Shown here: positions 1-12,800 of the stretch, one piece after another
Position numbering within the stretch: position 1 is the stretch's first letter
Layout: the number at the start of each line of letters is the position of its first letter
Assembly (NCBI GenBank): GCA_964187785.1
Contig: OZ076409.1
Coordinates: forward strand, 30,318,001-30,382,000
Length of the DNA: 64,000 nucleotides
Direction of reading: 5' to 3'
From: Amphiscolops sp. MND2022
Lineage: Eukaryota
The notes under the pieces: model-generated
What the model was told of the DNA's origin: nothing
Database searches by the model: none
Seen by the model: only the letters and a program-made list of their open reading frames with translations
Translations under genes and position numbers: made by a program

Positions 1-149
1 TGAGTGATAATCCTTGTCAATATCATTCCAATCTCCAGTTTTCTATTGAACACGTGCATTTCGAAACTATTGCTTTGAGTTAAAAAACTTTAAATCTTGA
101 CATAAGCCAACAAACTCCTGTTCTCCAGCCTGAAAACATCGTTTCTTGT

Positions 150-695
150 GTGATATCAACGAATATGACGAGAACCACCGGGTCAAATTTTGCTAAAACT
201 GCGGAAGAACTTGCTTCTGAGAATGGAGATCTTCAATTTTCAACGTTGGAATATTCACAATTGCTCTCTCAACCTATTTTCTCTCAGACTCCCGTTTTCA
301 GTACTTCTGCGCTCTTGCTGAGAGTGGTGTCTGAAATTCTCCCAACGCCGCCTGCTACTCCTCGCGCTGATACACAGGCCGTAAATGCTTCTTTCGATTA
401 CCAGTTCAATCTTCCAACTTCGACACCACTCAACCCAATTACGTCCCTTACACAGCTGACCGATTCAATGATAGGCGACTTTATTGCAACGCCAAGTGAG
501 CTGACAATGAACGCCATCAATTCAACTCAATTCCATTTCCAACCTGCTCCAGAGAGCAATCCTGTTCAACAAGTACTTTCCGAAGTTCAGAGGAAACGAA
601 AAGGCCCGTGCGAGAATGAAGAAGGCAAACATAACAAAAGCTTAGATTTGTACTTAACAAACATCTACTTATTGAGGTTTTTTAAGAATGATTAG
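150..695 (+). pseudogene. Array copy 1: exon-1 ORF truncated by an 852-bp deletion
   Basis: Nearly identical to the copy 2 protein up to ...CENEEG, then jumps to sequence homologous to 2944 onward. The junction shares an AGG microhomology (623-625 vs 2092-2094 and 2944-2946). Confidence 0.9.
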
Positions 696-1633
696 TCTGT
701 CACTCACAAAGGCGTTAAATACCGAAAATAGTTGTTCCACGTGTACTGCCGTGCATGGGGCAAGCGATAATAGACCACTTTCTTCAGGCTCCGAAACACC
801 TGCGTTGTTTCCTCGAGCAATTCCACAACTTTCGTCTGTCCTTCATTTTTCTGTATCAGGTCCTGAAATTGTTTGAGGAGATCAGATACCATTTTTCATG
901 TCCCTGAAAATTACAATCAAGATAAAGATAAAGTATCTTAGATAATACAAAAGGTTGTTATGAGAAGGAAAGGTCCCCGAGAAAGTTCCTTTGAAATTCC
1001 AGCCTCTTTATATGATGATAATAATAAAACTATTTTCTTGAGCGCTTCAAGTCAAAATTTAGATAAAGAACACCACTCACAAGTTTGTGGTACAAAAATT
1101 GATACTTATAACTCAAAAAGTGAAAAAAAAATTGAATTACCTATACAATTCGTTGCAAAGAAACATTAAATTTTTTTTCTGGAACAGTTCAACCCCATGT
1201 TCAAAAAGTTAATCAGCCCCCACCAGTTGGACATAGAAAAATTGATTCTTCCAATATTCAAAAAGTAAAACAGTTGATTTCTTTAATTACTTCAACCCGA
1301 AGAAGAATTATTTTTTTAGTTGTCAGTCTAAAAAGGCATCAGGTCATATTTAAAAATTTGGGTAATCAATTAAACTAGTATGTATGTGTAACTGTAGTTA
1401 ATCAAGAGTCGACTCAAATTCAGGCGTGATTACCGTCAATTACGTGTGAATTGAGCATACCAGGTATTGTGAGTGATAATCCTTGTCAATATCATTCCAA
1501 TCTCCAGTTTTCTATTGAACACGTGCATTTCGAAACTATTGCTTTGAGTTAAAAAACTTTAAATCTTGACATAAGCCAACAAACTCCTGTTCTCCAGCCT
1601 GAAAACATCGTTCCTTGTGTGATATCAACGAAT

Positions 1634-2463
1634 ATGACGAGAACCACCGGGTCAAATTTTGCTAAAACTGCGGACGAACTTGCTTCTGAGAATGGAGATC
1701 TTCAATTTTCAACGTTGGAATATTCACAATTGCTCTCTCAACCTATTTTCTCTCAGACTCCCGTTTTCAGTACTTCTGCGCTCTTGCTGAGAGTGGTGTC
1801 TGAAATTCTCCCAACGCCGCCTGCTACTCCTCGCGCTGATACACAGGCCGTAAATGCTTCTTTCGATTACCAGTTCAATCTTCCAACTTCGACACCACTC
1901 AACCCAATTACGTCCCTTACACAGCTGACCGATTCAATGATAGGCGACTTTATTGCAACGCCAAGTGAGCTGACAATGAACGCCATCAATTCAACTCAAT
2001 TCCATTTCCAACCTGCTCCAGAGAGCAATCCTGTTCAACAAGTACTTTCCGAAGTTCAGAGGAAACGAAAAGGCCCGTGCGAGAATGAAGAAGGAATTGA
2101 CGAGTTAGCACGTGCGTGGAAACGACAAAAAGTCAATGCAGAGAGTTTCATCAGGAGCATCAATGTTGCTTTTGTCCAGAATCGGGCGTTTCCAACCGAT
2201 GCACGCGAAGATCTCATGGGAGACTTAGTGGAGCAATTCTTCGAGTTCTCATCTCGCCTCTCCTTCACTGACAGAAAGACGTTACATAATTTAATATTTG
2301 TGTACCTGATGGAGTTCGCAGAACCAAGATGTTCAACTGCCGAACTTGAAACTTTTACAGTAAATTTATATGCGCAGACAATCCCGGAACTTCCAGCCAA
2401 AGCTGAAGCCCGAGGGACAGTGACCTTAACCTTCGCAAACACAAGGACCCCTGGTGGTTTTAG
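1634..2463 (+). CDS. Array copy 2, putative exon 1: S/T/P/Q-rich unknown protein with bipartite-NLS-like RKRK...KRQK
   Basis: Open frame 1619-2467 with first ATG at 1634 (the upstream ATG of copies 3/4 is ATA here). It ends at a consensus donor AG|GTGAGT (intron starts 2464). Confidence 0.6.
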
Positions 2464-2629
2464 GTGAGTATAAACTATTTAAATTTGTTGTTAGAACATT
2501 TCCGTGAAAAAAATTGTTCAAGTGAAAAAGTCTTGGTTTACTTCAGTGAAAACAGTTTGTTCAAAAAAATAAGAAGCGTCAAAACACTTCCCTAAATAAT
2601 AGTTTCCTAGTAAAAAATTCGTTTTATAG

Positions 2630-2840
2630 ATTGCACACAATCTCTTGGACAGTGAAAAGGGGCCTACAAGTCTATTACTTGGACGTACGTCCGAATTTCA
2701 AACAGAAGATTGGAGTTCCTCAGATGCAAACACGGTTTCAGGGAAGTGAGAAACTCATTTGGACAGAGCCTTTTTTCTTCAATTCTACCGGGAACTCCAA
2801 TATCAACTTCCGTGATAAGTCAAAGAAAGAGAAGGTGAAA
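2630..2840 (+). CDS. Array copy 2, putative exon 2
   Basis: Acceptor ttcgttttatAG at 2629. The phase-2 junction places it in frame with ORF 2631-2945 (LHTISWTVKRGLQVYYLDVRPNF...). Donor AAA|GTGAGT at 2841, phase 0. Confidence 0.6.
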
Positions 2841-4005
2841 GTGAGTCCAAGAATTCATGCAACAAGAAAAGTACATTTGAAACAAACAAAAAACCGTTCC
2901 TTGGCAAAGGATGAAAACAGGCGAGAAAACAAACACGTGATTTAGGCAAACATAACAAAAGCTTAGAATTGTACTTAGCAAACATCTACTTATTGAGTTT
3001 GTTTAAGAATGGTTAGTCTGTCACTCACAAAGGCGTTAAATACCGAAAATAGTTGTTCCACGTGTACTGCCGTGCATGGGGCAAGCGATAATTGACCACT
3101 TTCTTCAGGCTCCGAAACACCTGCGTTGTTTCCTCGAGCAATTCCACAACTTTCGTCTGTCCTTCATTTTTCTGTATCAGGTCCTGAAATTGTTTGAGGA
3201 GATCAGATACCATTTTTCATGTTTCCGAAAATTACAATCAAGATAAAGATAAAGTATCTTAGATAATACAAAAGGTTGTTATGAGAAGGAAAGGTCCCCG
3301 AGAAAGTTCCTTTGAAATTCCAGCCTCTTTATATGACTATAATAATGAAACTATTTTCTTGAGCGATTCAAGTCAAAATTTAGACAAATAACACCACTCC
3401 CAAGTTTGTGGTACAAAAACTGATACTTATAACTCAAAAAGTGAAAAAATTGAAGTTCTTATACAATTCGTTGCAAAGAAACCTTAAAAATTTTTTCTGG
3501 AACAGTTCAACCCCATGTTCAAACATTTAATCAGCCCCCACCAGTTAGACATAGAAAAATTGATTCTTCCAATATTCAAAAAGTAAAACAGTTGATTTCT
3601 TTATATATTTCATCTCGAAGAAGAATTTTTTTTAAGTTGTCAGTCTAAAAAGGCAACGGGTCATATTTGAAAATTTGGGTAATCAATTAAACTAGTATGT
3701 ATGTGTAACTGTAGTCAATCAAGAGTCGACTCAAATTCAGGCGTGATTAGAGCGGATTGCGTATGAATTGAGCGAACCAGTTGCGTGGAGTGGTAATTCT
3801 TGTAATTATCATTCCATTGTTCAGCCTTCTAGCAAACACTTTTGCAACCCAAATCAAGAGTCGACTCAAATTCAGGCGTGATTACAGTCAATTACGTGTG
3901 AATTGAGCATACCATCCTTGTAAATATCATTCCAATCTCCAGCTTTCTATCGAACACCTGCAATTCGAAACTATTGCTTTAAGTTAAAAAATTTTAAATC
4001 TTGAC

Positions 4006-4977
4006 ATGAGCCAACAAATTCCTGTTCTCCAGCCTGAAAACGTCGTTCCTTGTGTGATATCATCGAATATGATGAGTCCCACCGAGTCCAATTTCGCTAA
4101 CACCGCGGAAGAACTGGCTTCTGAAAATGTAGTTTCTCAATTACCTCCAACGAAAATAATGAGAACCACCGGGTCAAATTTTGCTAAAACTGCGGACGAA
4201 CTTGCTTCTGAGAATGGAGATCTTCAATTTTCAACGTTGGAATATTCACAATTGCTCTCTCAACCTATTTTCTCTCAGACTCCCGTTTTCAGTACTTCTG
4301 CGCTCTTGCTGAGAGTGGTGTCTGAAATTCTCCCAACGCCGCCTGCTACTCCTCGCGCTGATACACAGGCCGTAAATGCTTCTTTCGATTACCAGTTCAA
4401 TCTTCCAACTTCGACACCACTCAACCCAATTACGTCCCTTACACAGCTGACCGATTCAATGATAGGCGACTTTATTGCAACGCCAAGTGAGCTGACAATG
4501 AACGCCATCAATTCAACTCAATTCCATTTCCAACCTGCTCCAGAGAGCAATTCTGTTCAACAAGTACTTTCCGAAGTTGAGAGGAAACGAAAAGGCCCGT
4601 GCGAGAATGAAGAAGGAATTGACGAGTTAGCACGTGCGTCGAAACGACAAAAAGTCAGTGCAGAGAGTTTCATCAGGAGCATCAATGTTGCTTTTGTCCA
4701 GAATCGAGCGTTTCTAGCCGATGCACACGAAGATCTCATGGGAGATTTAGTGGAGCAGTTCGAGTTCTCATCTCGCCTCTCCTTCACTGACAGAAAGACG
4801 TTACATAATTTAGTAATTGTGTACCTGATGGAGTTCGCAGAACCAAGATGTTCAACTGCCGAACTTGAAACTTTTACAGTAAATTCACTTGCGCAGACAA
4901 TCCCGGAACTTCAAGCCAAAGCTGAAACCCGAGGGACAAACACCCTAACCTGCGTGTCAAAACACTTCCCTAAATAA
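4006..4977 (+). CDS. Array copy 3: 323-aa ORF (exon 1 with donor deleted, reading into intron remnant)
   Basis: ATG start and an internal diverged duplication (SNFANTAEELASEN / SNFAKTADELASEN). About 150 bp containing the copy-2 GTGAGT donor is missing. Confidence 0.6.
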   Translation: MSQQIPVLQPENVVPCVISSNMMSPTESNFANTAEELASENVVSQLPPTKIMRTTGSNFAKTADELASENGDLQFSTLEYSQLLSQPIFSQTPVFSTSALLLRVVSEILPTPPATPRADTQAVNASFDYQFNLPTSTPLNPITSLTQLTDSMIGDFIATPSELTMNAINSTQFHFQPAPESNSVQQVLSEVERKRKGPCENEEGIDELARASKRQKVSAESFIRSINVAFVQNRAFLADAHEDLMGDLVEQFEFSSRLSFTDRKTLHNLVIVYLMEFAEPRCSTAELETFTVNSLAQTIPELQAKAETRGTNTLTCVSKHFPK

Positions 4978-6382
4978 TAGTTTCCTAGTGAAAAATTCGT
5001 TTTATAGATCGCACACAATCTCTTCGACAGTGGGAAGGGGCCTACAAGTCTATTACTTGGACGTACGTCCGAATTTCAAACCGAAGATTGGAGTTCCTCA
5101 GATGCAAACACGGTTTCAGGTAAGTGAAAAGCTCGTTTGGACAGAGCCTTTCTTCTTCAATTCTACCGGGAATTCCAATATCAACATCCGTGATAAGTCA
5201 AAGAAAGTGATGGTGAAAGTGAGTCCAGAATTCATGCAACATTAAAAGTACATTTGAAACAAACAAAAAACCGTTCCTTGGCAAAGGATGAAAACAGGCG
5301 AGAAAACAAACACGTGATTTAGGCAAACATAACAAAAGCTTAGAATTGTACTTAGCAAACATCTACTTATTGAGTTTGTTTAAGAATGGTTAGTCTGTCA
5401 CTCACAAAGGCGTTAAATACCGAAAATAGTTGTTCCACGTGTACTGCCGTGCATGGGGCAAGCGATAATTGACCACTTTCTTCAGGCTCCGAAACACCTG
5501 CGTTGTTTCCTCGAGCAATTCCACAACTTTCGTCTGTCCTTCATTTTTCTGTATCAGGTCCTGAAATTGTTTGAGGAGATCAGATACCATTTTTCATGTT
5601 TCCGAAAATTACAATCAAGATAAAGATAAAGTATCTTAGATAATACAAAAGGTTGTTATGAGAAGGAAAGGTCCCCGAGAAAGTTCCTTTGAAATTCCAG
5701 CCTCTTTATATGACTATAATAATGAAACTATTTTCTTGAGCGATTCAAGTCAAAATTTAGACAAATAACACCACTCCCAAGTTTGTGGTACAAAAACTGA
5801 TACTTATAACTCAAAAAGTGAAAAAATTGAAGTTCTTATACAATTCGTTGCAAAGAAACCTTAAAAATTTTTTCTGGAACAGTTCAACCCCATGTTCAAA
5901 CATTTAATCAGCCCCCACCAGTTAGACATAGAAAAATTGATTCTTCCAATATTCAAAAAGTAAAACAGTTGATTTCTTTATATATTTCATCTCGAAGAAG
6001 AATTTTTTTTAAGTTGTCAGTCTAAAAAGGCAACGGGTCATATTTGAAAATTTGGGTAATCAATTAAACTAGTATGTATGTGTAACTGTAGTCAATCAAG
6101 AGTCGACTCAAATTCAGGCGTGATTAGAGCGGATTGCGTATGAATTGAGCGAACCAGTTGCGTGGAGTGGTAATTCTTGTAATTATCATTCCATTGTTCA
6201 GCCTTCTAGCAAACACTTTTGCAACCCAAATCAAGAGTCGACTCAAATTCAGGCGTGATTACAGTCAATTACGTGTGAATTGAGCATACCATCCTTGTAA
6301 ATATCATTCCAATCTCCAGCTTTCTATCGAACACCTGCAATTCGAAACTATTGCTTTAAGTTAAAAAATTTTAAATCTTGAC

Positions 6383-7354
6383 ATGAGCCAACAAATTCCT
6401 GTTCTCCAGCCTGAAAACGTCGTTCCTTGTGTGATATCATCGAATATGATGAGTCCCACCGAGTCCAATTTCGCTAACACCGCGGAAGAACTGGCTTCTG
6501 AAAATGTAGTTTCTCAATTACCTCCAACGAAAATAATGAGAACCACCGGGTCAAATTTTGCTAAAACTGCGGACGAACTTGCTTCTGAGAATGGAGATCT
6601 TCAATTTTCAACGTTGGAATATTCACAATTGCTCTCTCAACCTATTTTCTCTCAGACTCCCGTTTTCAGTACTTCTGCGCTCTTGCTGAGAGTGGTGTCT
6701 GAAATTCTCCCAACGCCGCCTGCTACTCCTCGCGCTGATACACAGGCCGTAAATGCTTCTTTCGATTACCAGTTCAATCTTCCAACTTCGACACCACTCA
6801 ACCCAATTACGTCCCTTACACAGCTGACCGATTCAATGATAGGCGACTTTATTGCAACGCCAAGTGAGCTGACAATGAACGCCATCAATTCAACTCAATT
6901 CCATTTCCAACCTGCTCCAGAGAGCAATTCTGTTCAACAAGTACTTTCCGAAGTTGAGAGGAAACGAAAAGGCCCGTGCGAGAATGAAGAAGGAATTGAC
7001 GAGTTAGCACGTGCGTCGAAACGACAAAAAGTCAGTGCAGAGAGTTTCATCAGGAGCATCAATGTTGCTTTTGTCCAGAATCGAGCGTTTCTAGCCGATG
7101 CACACGAAGATCTCATGGGAGATTTAGTGGAGCAGTTCGAGTTCTCATCTCGCCTCTCCTTCACTGACAGAAAGACGTTACATAATTTAGTAATTGTGTA
7201 CCTGATGGAGTTCGCAGAACCAAGATGTTCAACTGCCGAACTTGAAACTTTTACAGTAAATTCACTTGCGCAGACAATCCCGGAACTTCAAGCCAAAGCT
7301 GAAACCCGAGGGACAAACACCCTAACCTGCGTGTCAAAACACTTCCCTAAATAA
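6383..7354 (+). CDS. Array copy 4: 323-aa ORF identical to copy 3
   Basis: Identical translation, offset 2377 bp. Exon-2 homologue at 7385-7595 with acceptor (7384) and donors at 7497 (CAG|GTAAGT) and 7596 (GTGAGT). Confidence 0.6.
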   Translation: MSQQIPVLQPENVVPCVISSNMMSPTESNFANTAEELASENVVSQLPPTKIMRTTGSNFAKTADELASENGDLQFSTLEYSQLLSQPIFSQTPVFSTSALLLRVVSEILPTPPATPRADTQAVNASFDYQFNLPTSTPLNPITSLTQLTDSMIGDFIATPSELTMNAINSTQFHFQPAPESNSVQQVLSEVERKRKGPCENEEGIDELARASKRQKVSAESFIRSINVAFVQNRAFLADAHEDLMGDLVEQFEFSSRLSFTDRKTLHNLVIVYLMEFAEPRCSTAELETFTVNSLAQTIPELQAKAETRGTNTLTCVSKHFPK

Positions 7355-7837
7355 TAGTTTCCTAGTGAAAAATTCGTTTTATAGATCGCACACAATCTCT
7401 TCGACAGTGGGAAGGGGCCTACAAGTCTATTACTTGGACGTACGTCCGAATTTCAAACCGAAGATTGGAGTTCCTCAGATGCAAACACGGTTTCAGGTAA
7501 GTGAAAAGCTCGTTTGGACAGAGCCTTTCTTCTTCAATTCTACCGGGAATTCCAATATCAACATCCGTGATAAGTCAAAGAAAGTGATGGTGAAAGTGAG
7601 TCCAGAATTCATGCAACATTAAAAGTACATTTGAAATAAGCAAAAAAACTGTTTCTTGAATTTCTTTGGAAAACTTGTTATATTTTGAGGTGTTTCACAC
7701 TAAATATCAAAATGATAATTTATTTTGCGATTCGTAGCAGTTTCCAACGTCGGACCTCTGTGTCTGAAACCTTTTACTCTGTCGAATTCACCAATACTCT
7801 TTTACGCAACATCTAGGGCAGTTAAATTTTTGAATAT

Positions 7838-8860
7838 TTGTTTAAAGAAATTAGTGACATTTGGAACATAACAAATCATACTATAATTTTCATCTATTTT
7901 GCTATAGGTGTAGTTTTGTTCATGGTTTGCTTGTTATACCTGAGACAGAACTGCAGAGATAAGAATTTTGCTCTCAGAAGAATCGTCAGGCTGAAAACAA
8001 CTTCAACTTACAAGCCGGATGAACTCTTTCCGTCAGTGCAACATGTCTCCAATCTGCTGTACAATTCAATTGGAAGAGCTGTCATTTTCGAGGATTTGAC
8101 TTCCCTTGTCACTAAACGGTTGCAAACGCTAAAGAGCGAACGCTTCTACACACAGGTTGAAGCCTTTGGCGATGAGTTTCGTGTGAAAGCAAGTCCAGAA
8201 ACGGACTATGCCAAGTTCTTTGACAAGGCATTCCGACAAGGGTGGAACACGTGCAAAGTTGGGTCATGTCAAGACGGGAAAATCAAATCCAAGCTTCATA
8301 AAGTTTTATTGGACTACCAGGAAGGGAAAAACCCCCTGAAACCTCGAGGTGCACCCTTCAATCCGAACTTGGAGTACAAGAGCAGTTTCTCAAACAATGA
8401 GGGTTGGCAATACGACTTTTTACACCGTGAGGAGACACAGACGTGGGACAGGTTCACCTGTGTCACATATCCTGACATGACACTGAAGCTGTTTAAAAAG
8501 GACGATGTCACTTGCGACTCCCATGGTTGTCTCGTTGACGAAAAGGATGCAACATCGTACCCTGCAAGAAGAGGCCGTGATATGTCCTACATCATAGAAG
8601 TTACAACAGACATTAAGCGTCTTGTCGATGCATCCAATGAGGACTGTCCTCACCATCTCCGAAATTTGTGCCTTGGAAGACTATGCAATCACTCAAGGCT
8701 CAGGAACAAGCAATGCACAGCCCGCTTGGGGGAGGTGGTTTGCAGAAAACTCTCTCAAAAGCCTAGAAAAGTGGCACTGGTCGCACTCAGAGACCTTCCC
8801 CCTTTCACCCAGGTTCTGTTTGGCTATGATGATCCTGCAGCATGGAAAATGTTCAACTGA
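7838..8860 (+). CDS. Divergent SET-domain protein, PR-Set7/SET8(KMT5A)-like lysine methyltransferase; probably a terminal exon with true coding start near 7949
   Basis: C-terminal SYIIEV..VDASNED..LGRLCNHSR..VALVALRDLPPFTQVLFGYDD parallels SET8 YMYYF..VDATRE..LGRLINHS..LILIASRDIAAGEELLYDYGD, and FTCVTY parallels FVVEY. The ORF-track start is TTG, and the T-rich 5' part looks intronic. Confidence 0.8.
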   Translation: MFKEISDIWNITNHTIIFIYFAIGVVLFMVCLLYLRQNCRDKNFALRRIVRLKTTSTYKPDELFPSVQHVSNLLYNSIGRAVIFEDLTSLVTKRLQTLKSERFYTQVEAFGDEFRVKASPETDYAKFFDKAFRQGWNTCKVGSCQDGKIKSKLHKVLLDYQEGKNPLKPRGAPFNPNLEYKSSFSNNEGWQYDFLHREETQTWDRFTCVTYPDMTLKLFKKDDVTCDSHGCLVDEKDATSYPARRGRDMSYIIEVTTDIKRLVDASNEDCPHHLRNLCLGRLCNHSRLRNKQCTARLGEVVCRKLSQKPRKVALVALRDLPPFTQVLFGYDDPAAWKMFN

Positions 8861-9805
8861 TTGATCGGAAAAACACAACTGACGGGTGAAAAAGATTGAA
8901 CTTTTGTTATATATTGCTTTTTGTTGAAATCTGTTGTCTTTGCTCACTTGTTGAAAAATCTTTTGTCTTTGTTCTTTGTACTTTTCAGTTGTCTAGGATT
9001 GTTCAATTGAATCGGGGACCTTTTTGATCCCATGGCTCCAGAATTTAAATAGGAATCAAAGATTTAAACATAAAAAGAATTAAAAATCATCAACACCAAT
9101 AGGAAGTAACTTTGATTTATCAAGATTTGAGAAGATCCCAACTCTCGCCGAGAAAATTGATGTTCATGATTTCCAATGCATTGGCAATGGCATTGTTCAA
9201 ATTCGAAATTGTTTAAGATTTCCAATTCTCTGGCCTTTACAAAACGGATTTCTTCATGGTTTGCATTTTATTGAATGAGATATCAGCAAATTCGCCCAAA
9301 TAAAAGGTTCAAATACAGAATTGTTTAGGATTTGCACTTCATTTGCAAATACAGAATTGTTTAAGATTTGCACTTCATTGAATGAGATATCAACAGAGAT
9401 TTGATTCAATATATGTCATTGGCTGTGATAATACCAGAATTATAATACATTGGATACTATATTTCAAATCAAGAAATCTAAGAATACTCACAAGTTGTAT
9501 AAGGAAGCCTATTTTCAACAAGTTTTAAGCGTATTAGGATATATATTACAAAGTATCAAGGTTACTTGTTTTGAGTACTAGGATTACTTATACCTTGGGG
9601 GGAAACATTTTGAGGCATTCGTATACGGTTTATAAGGAATCTGAAAATTATTGAATCTAAGGAAACTTGATACATTTGTAATGTATTAACAACTGAAAAT
9701 TGTATCAGTAGTCCTTATTTTTTAATGCATATTGGCTTATAAGGAAAACTTATGCATTTTAGACACGTATATTTACGCGCACTCTGAAAGTTGTGTCTTG
9801 TAATG

Positions 9806-12800
9806 ATTATATTTCCTCCAGACCTAACATCAGCTTCCCTCCATTTAATATTCAACCCTGAATTAGATTAATTGACTATCCATACTGTGCCTAGTCTTGA
9901 CTTTTTTTCAGTCTGACACATGACAATGTAATTACTAACAGTTTTCTAACAATATTTTCTTCATTCTTCGTTCTAAATTCTAGCTGAACAGTTGCTTCCA
10001 TCGATCGAAAACTAATATCATTTTCAATTTTGTCTTTACAATTCATAACTACACTTCCTGTATATTTCATTGTACCAATCTTTGTCCACTCCTTATCACT
10101 CTCTATTAATATTCCTTACTTTTATCCATGTTTCCATCCTGGATCTTACTGTCTTTTTAACTGACTCTACAGATTCTACCTCTCAAACCTCTTCTTCAGT
10201 TTCTACTGATATTATCTCCTCCTCACAAAATTCTTTATAAAATTTCCAACAACCTCCTCTCAACCCGTAAACCCCTCTTTAATAACCACTCCAATCAATA
10301 CTCCTCGCCATACTCTTATTGAAACTTCAGTTCCCCAACAAACTCAAACTTATTTAACTCTTCCTCGTTCTGATACTGAATTTCCTCGAACTCCTTTTAA
10401 CATAACCCCCGCATTTTCCCCAACTCCCTCTCTTCCCCATATCACTGATGCTAGTGATATTGATCCTCTCTTACCCCGAAATATCATTATTTCAACTGCA
10501 CGTAAATCTATTCTTATTCCTACCTCCATCAAGTTTTTCCGTAGACGTTCTGAATTTGATAACTCTTTTCCAATTCCCCCACCTTGTCCCCATCTTCCAT
10601 CTCAATCTCCGCTACCTCCACCTAAAGTTCTTGAAATTCCTGCACTCGAATCGTTTGATTCACTTCAAAAGAAGTCTGATCTAAGTGAAGTTGATTCAAC
10701 AACTTCTTTTTTTCTTTATCCACGCCTTCCTCCTTCAAATTCCGCTTCCAATTATACAACCTCTTCTTTAGATAATCTTTTAGAAACCTCTTCTGAGTCT
10801 ACTATTCGCCAACGACCTCACCATAGATATAATCTCCGTAATAATCGTCGTCCTATTCCTTCTCCTGCATATACAAACTCTTCTCCTTTACGACAACACG
10901 CCCAATCCCTTTCGACAGATTCTCTTTCACTTCCGGATAACGCTACAACTTCTGGAGTTGATACTGCTTTCTCTCAACACTCCTCTCTTTCATCGTATAA
11001 CGAAAGTGGTCATCTTATTTCTCGGCCAATCTCTCAAATTCCTAGTGTTCTTTCATCTGATAGCCATTTATTTAATATTGACCTAACTACTGATCAATAC
11101 TCTACTCCCCCTACACCTAATCGTGTTGATTATCGTTTAATTATTAACGATACTCTTATTAACAGTCCTCGTCAAGATCGTAGATTTCTGTATCTTGCTA
11201 CTCATAAATTAATTTGAATCCTAATTTTTCCTATGAACGTCGCCGTAAAAAATTTCACCGTCTTGATAACACAAACGTGGAAATTATTTTCGAAATTACT
11301 GCTAAATTCCATAATTTAAGCCCCCATCCAATTCCTTCCTACACTACTATCAATTTTAAATCTTTGCCTCATCCTTTTATTGCCTTTAATCTTAGTCTTT
11401 TTGTAAGCGACCATACTCCCTTCCGCATTTTACACGTCTCAATCACCTTTCTCAACACCCTCATCTTCTTGAAATATAATGCTCATTTTTAACTGTGCCT
11501 CCTCGCTCTCTTTGCTATCTCTCCTACTCCCTCTTTTCTTCCCTTCCAATCACCTTCTCAACTGATTCCTCCTCTGATCATGTTAATCCTAAAGGTCCTC
11601 ATATTTCTGATCTTTTGGTTTCCCATTATGATTGTTCAAAACAACACAACTTAAGACATATTAGTCTTACTCGAGTCCAACCTTGTTCTCAAGCGCCTTC
11701 CTCTTTTGAAAGCACTCGCGCTATCGTAAATGTTTTTGTCCGTGCAAAAGCTAAACGCCTTAAAGCGCGGACTTGCGAAGCATACGTCAAACCCGAAAAA
11801 TTTGTTTGTGCTCAATCAGATTATAAATATCGCTGTCATGACCGTACTGATTACCATCAATACACCATGGAACACCCTAATGGAACTAACAACCCTCAAC
11901 TTGATGCTTTTAATTACAGCAACTCCTTTACATTCTTTAATGATATTCAAAAACAACGCCTCCTCGAAACTAAACAACCTCCTTTTCGTAAAACTAAACT
12001 CATTACTTTTCACTATGGTTCTTTTGCCTGGATCGCAATTTCCTAATTAGTATTAAACTCCACTCTTGAAGAAAAAGCTGTCTGTTGGGAGCGCTATAAA
12101 TACATTATTGAAAAAGTTAGCTGGTCTCTCATTGTTAAAGAAATCAAAATCACTTATGACGATATAGATAAGAAACTCATTTATCATGGACACACTTTAC
12201 CTTGTATCCATGATGATGGTTTTTGCAAACCTACTATTTTAACACCATTCACCATTGTTTGGTTCCCTGAAGAACTTTTTTTGATTTTCTCAATTCATTC
12301 TTTCATTGGACGAATGTCTAAATTCAATAACCGTTACTGGCTTGAAACTGGACATACCTTTTTTACTTCATCTGACACCCCTTATCATGATACTAAAGGT
12401 CAAACCCGTCTTTCTCGTTCTGAAATCTTCCCTGAAAACAAAATGTTTTGTAACATACCCACTCGTCTATATACTACTCAATACCCTGACCTCTTCATCA
12501 CGTGTGAAGAAGGTTTTAACATGCATACTGGTAAGCAAAACCATCTTCAACTCCCTCAAAATGGTCAATACAATCAGCTTACCACCCAATTAATTTCTGG
12601 AAAATTTAACCATACTCAAGACAAATTTCTTTTTCCTGCTTTAAACTCTTGCAATAACTTTGTCACCAATTATTATGAAGCTCAAATTAACACCAAGATT
12701 GATTATTCTATTAACCATGTATTTAAAAGTATGTCTGTGGCTGAACTCAATACTCTCCATACTATTTGTGAAGTCGAACGTAATCAACTTTTAACCATCC

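Larger units (their letters stand above)
1..7650 (+). repeat. Tandem array of a 2.3-2.4 kb gene-fragment unit (3+ copies, begins before the window)
   Basis: Homologous ORFs recur at 704/3025/5402 (periods 2321, 2377) and 4006/6383 (period 2377, identical proteins). Homology to the unit decays at about 7635-7660. Confidence 0.97.

Noticed and set aside
704-892. Repeated minus-strand 62-aa ORF (also 3025, 5402)
   Set aside because: Conserved only because the whole unit is recently duplicated. No recognisable domain.
7838-7948. N-terminal transmembrane helix on the SET protein (IIFIYFAIGVVLFMVCLLYL)
   Set aside because: The ORF starts at TTG, and the stretch is T-rich with several AG acceptors. 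It is more simply an intron polypyrimidine region read in frame.
9310-9379. 34-bp direct duplication downstream of the SET ORF
   Set aside because: Ordinary slippage duplication with no further structure.
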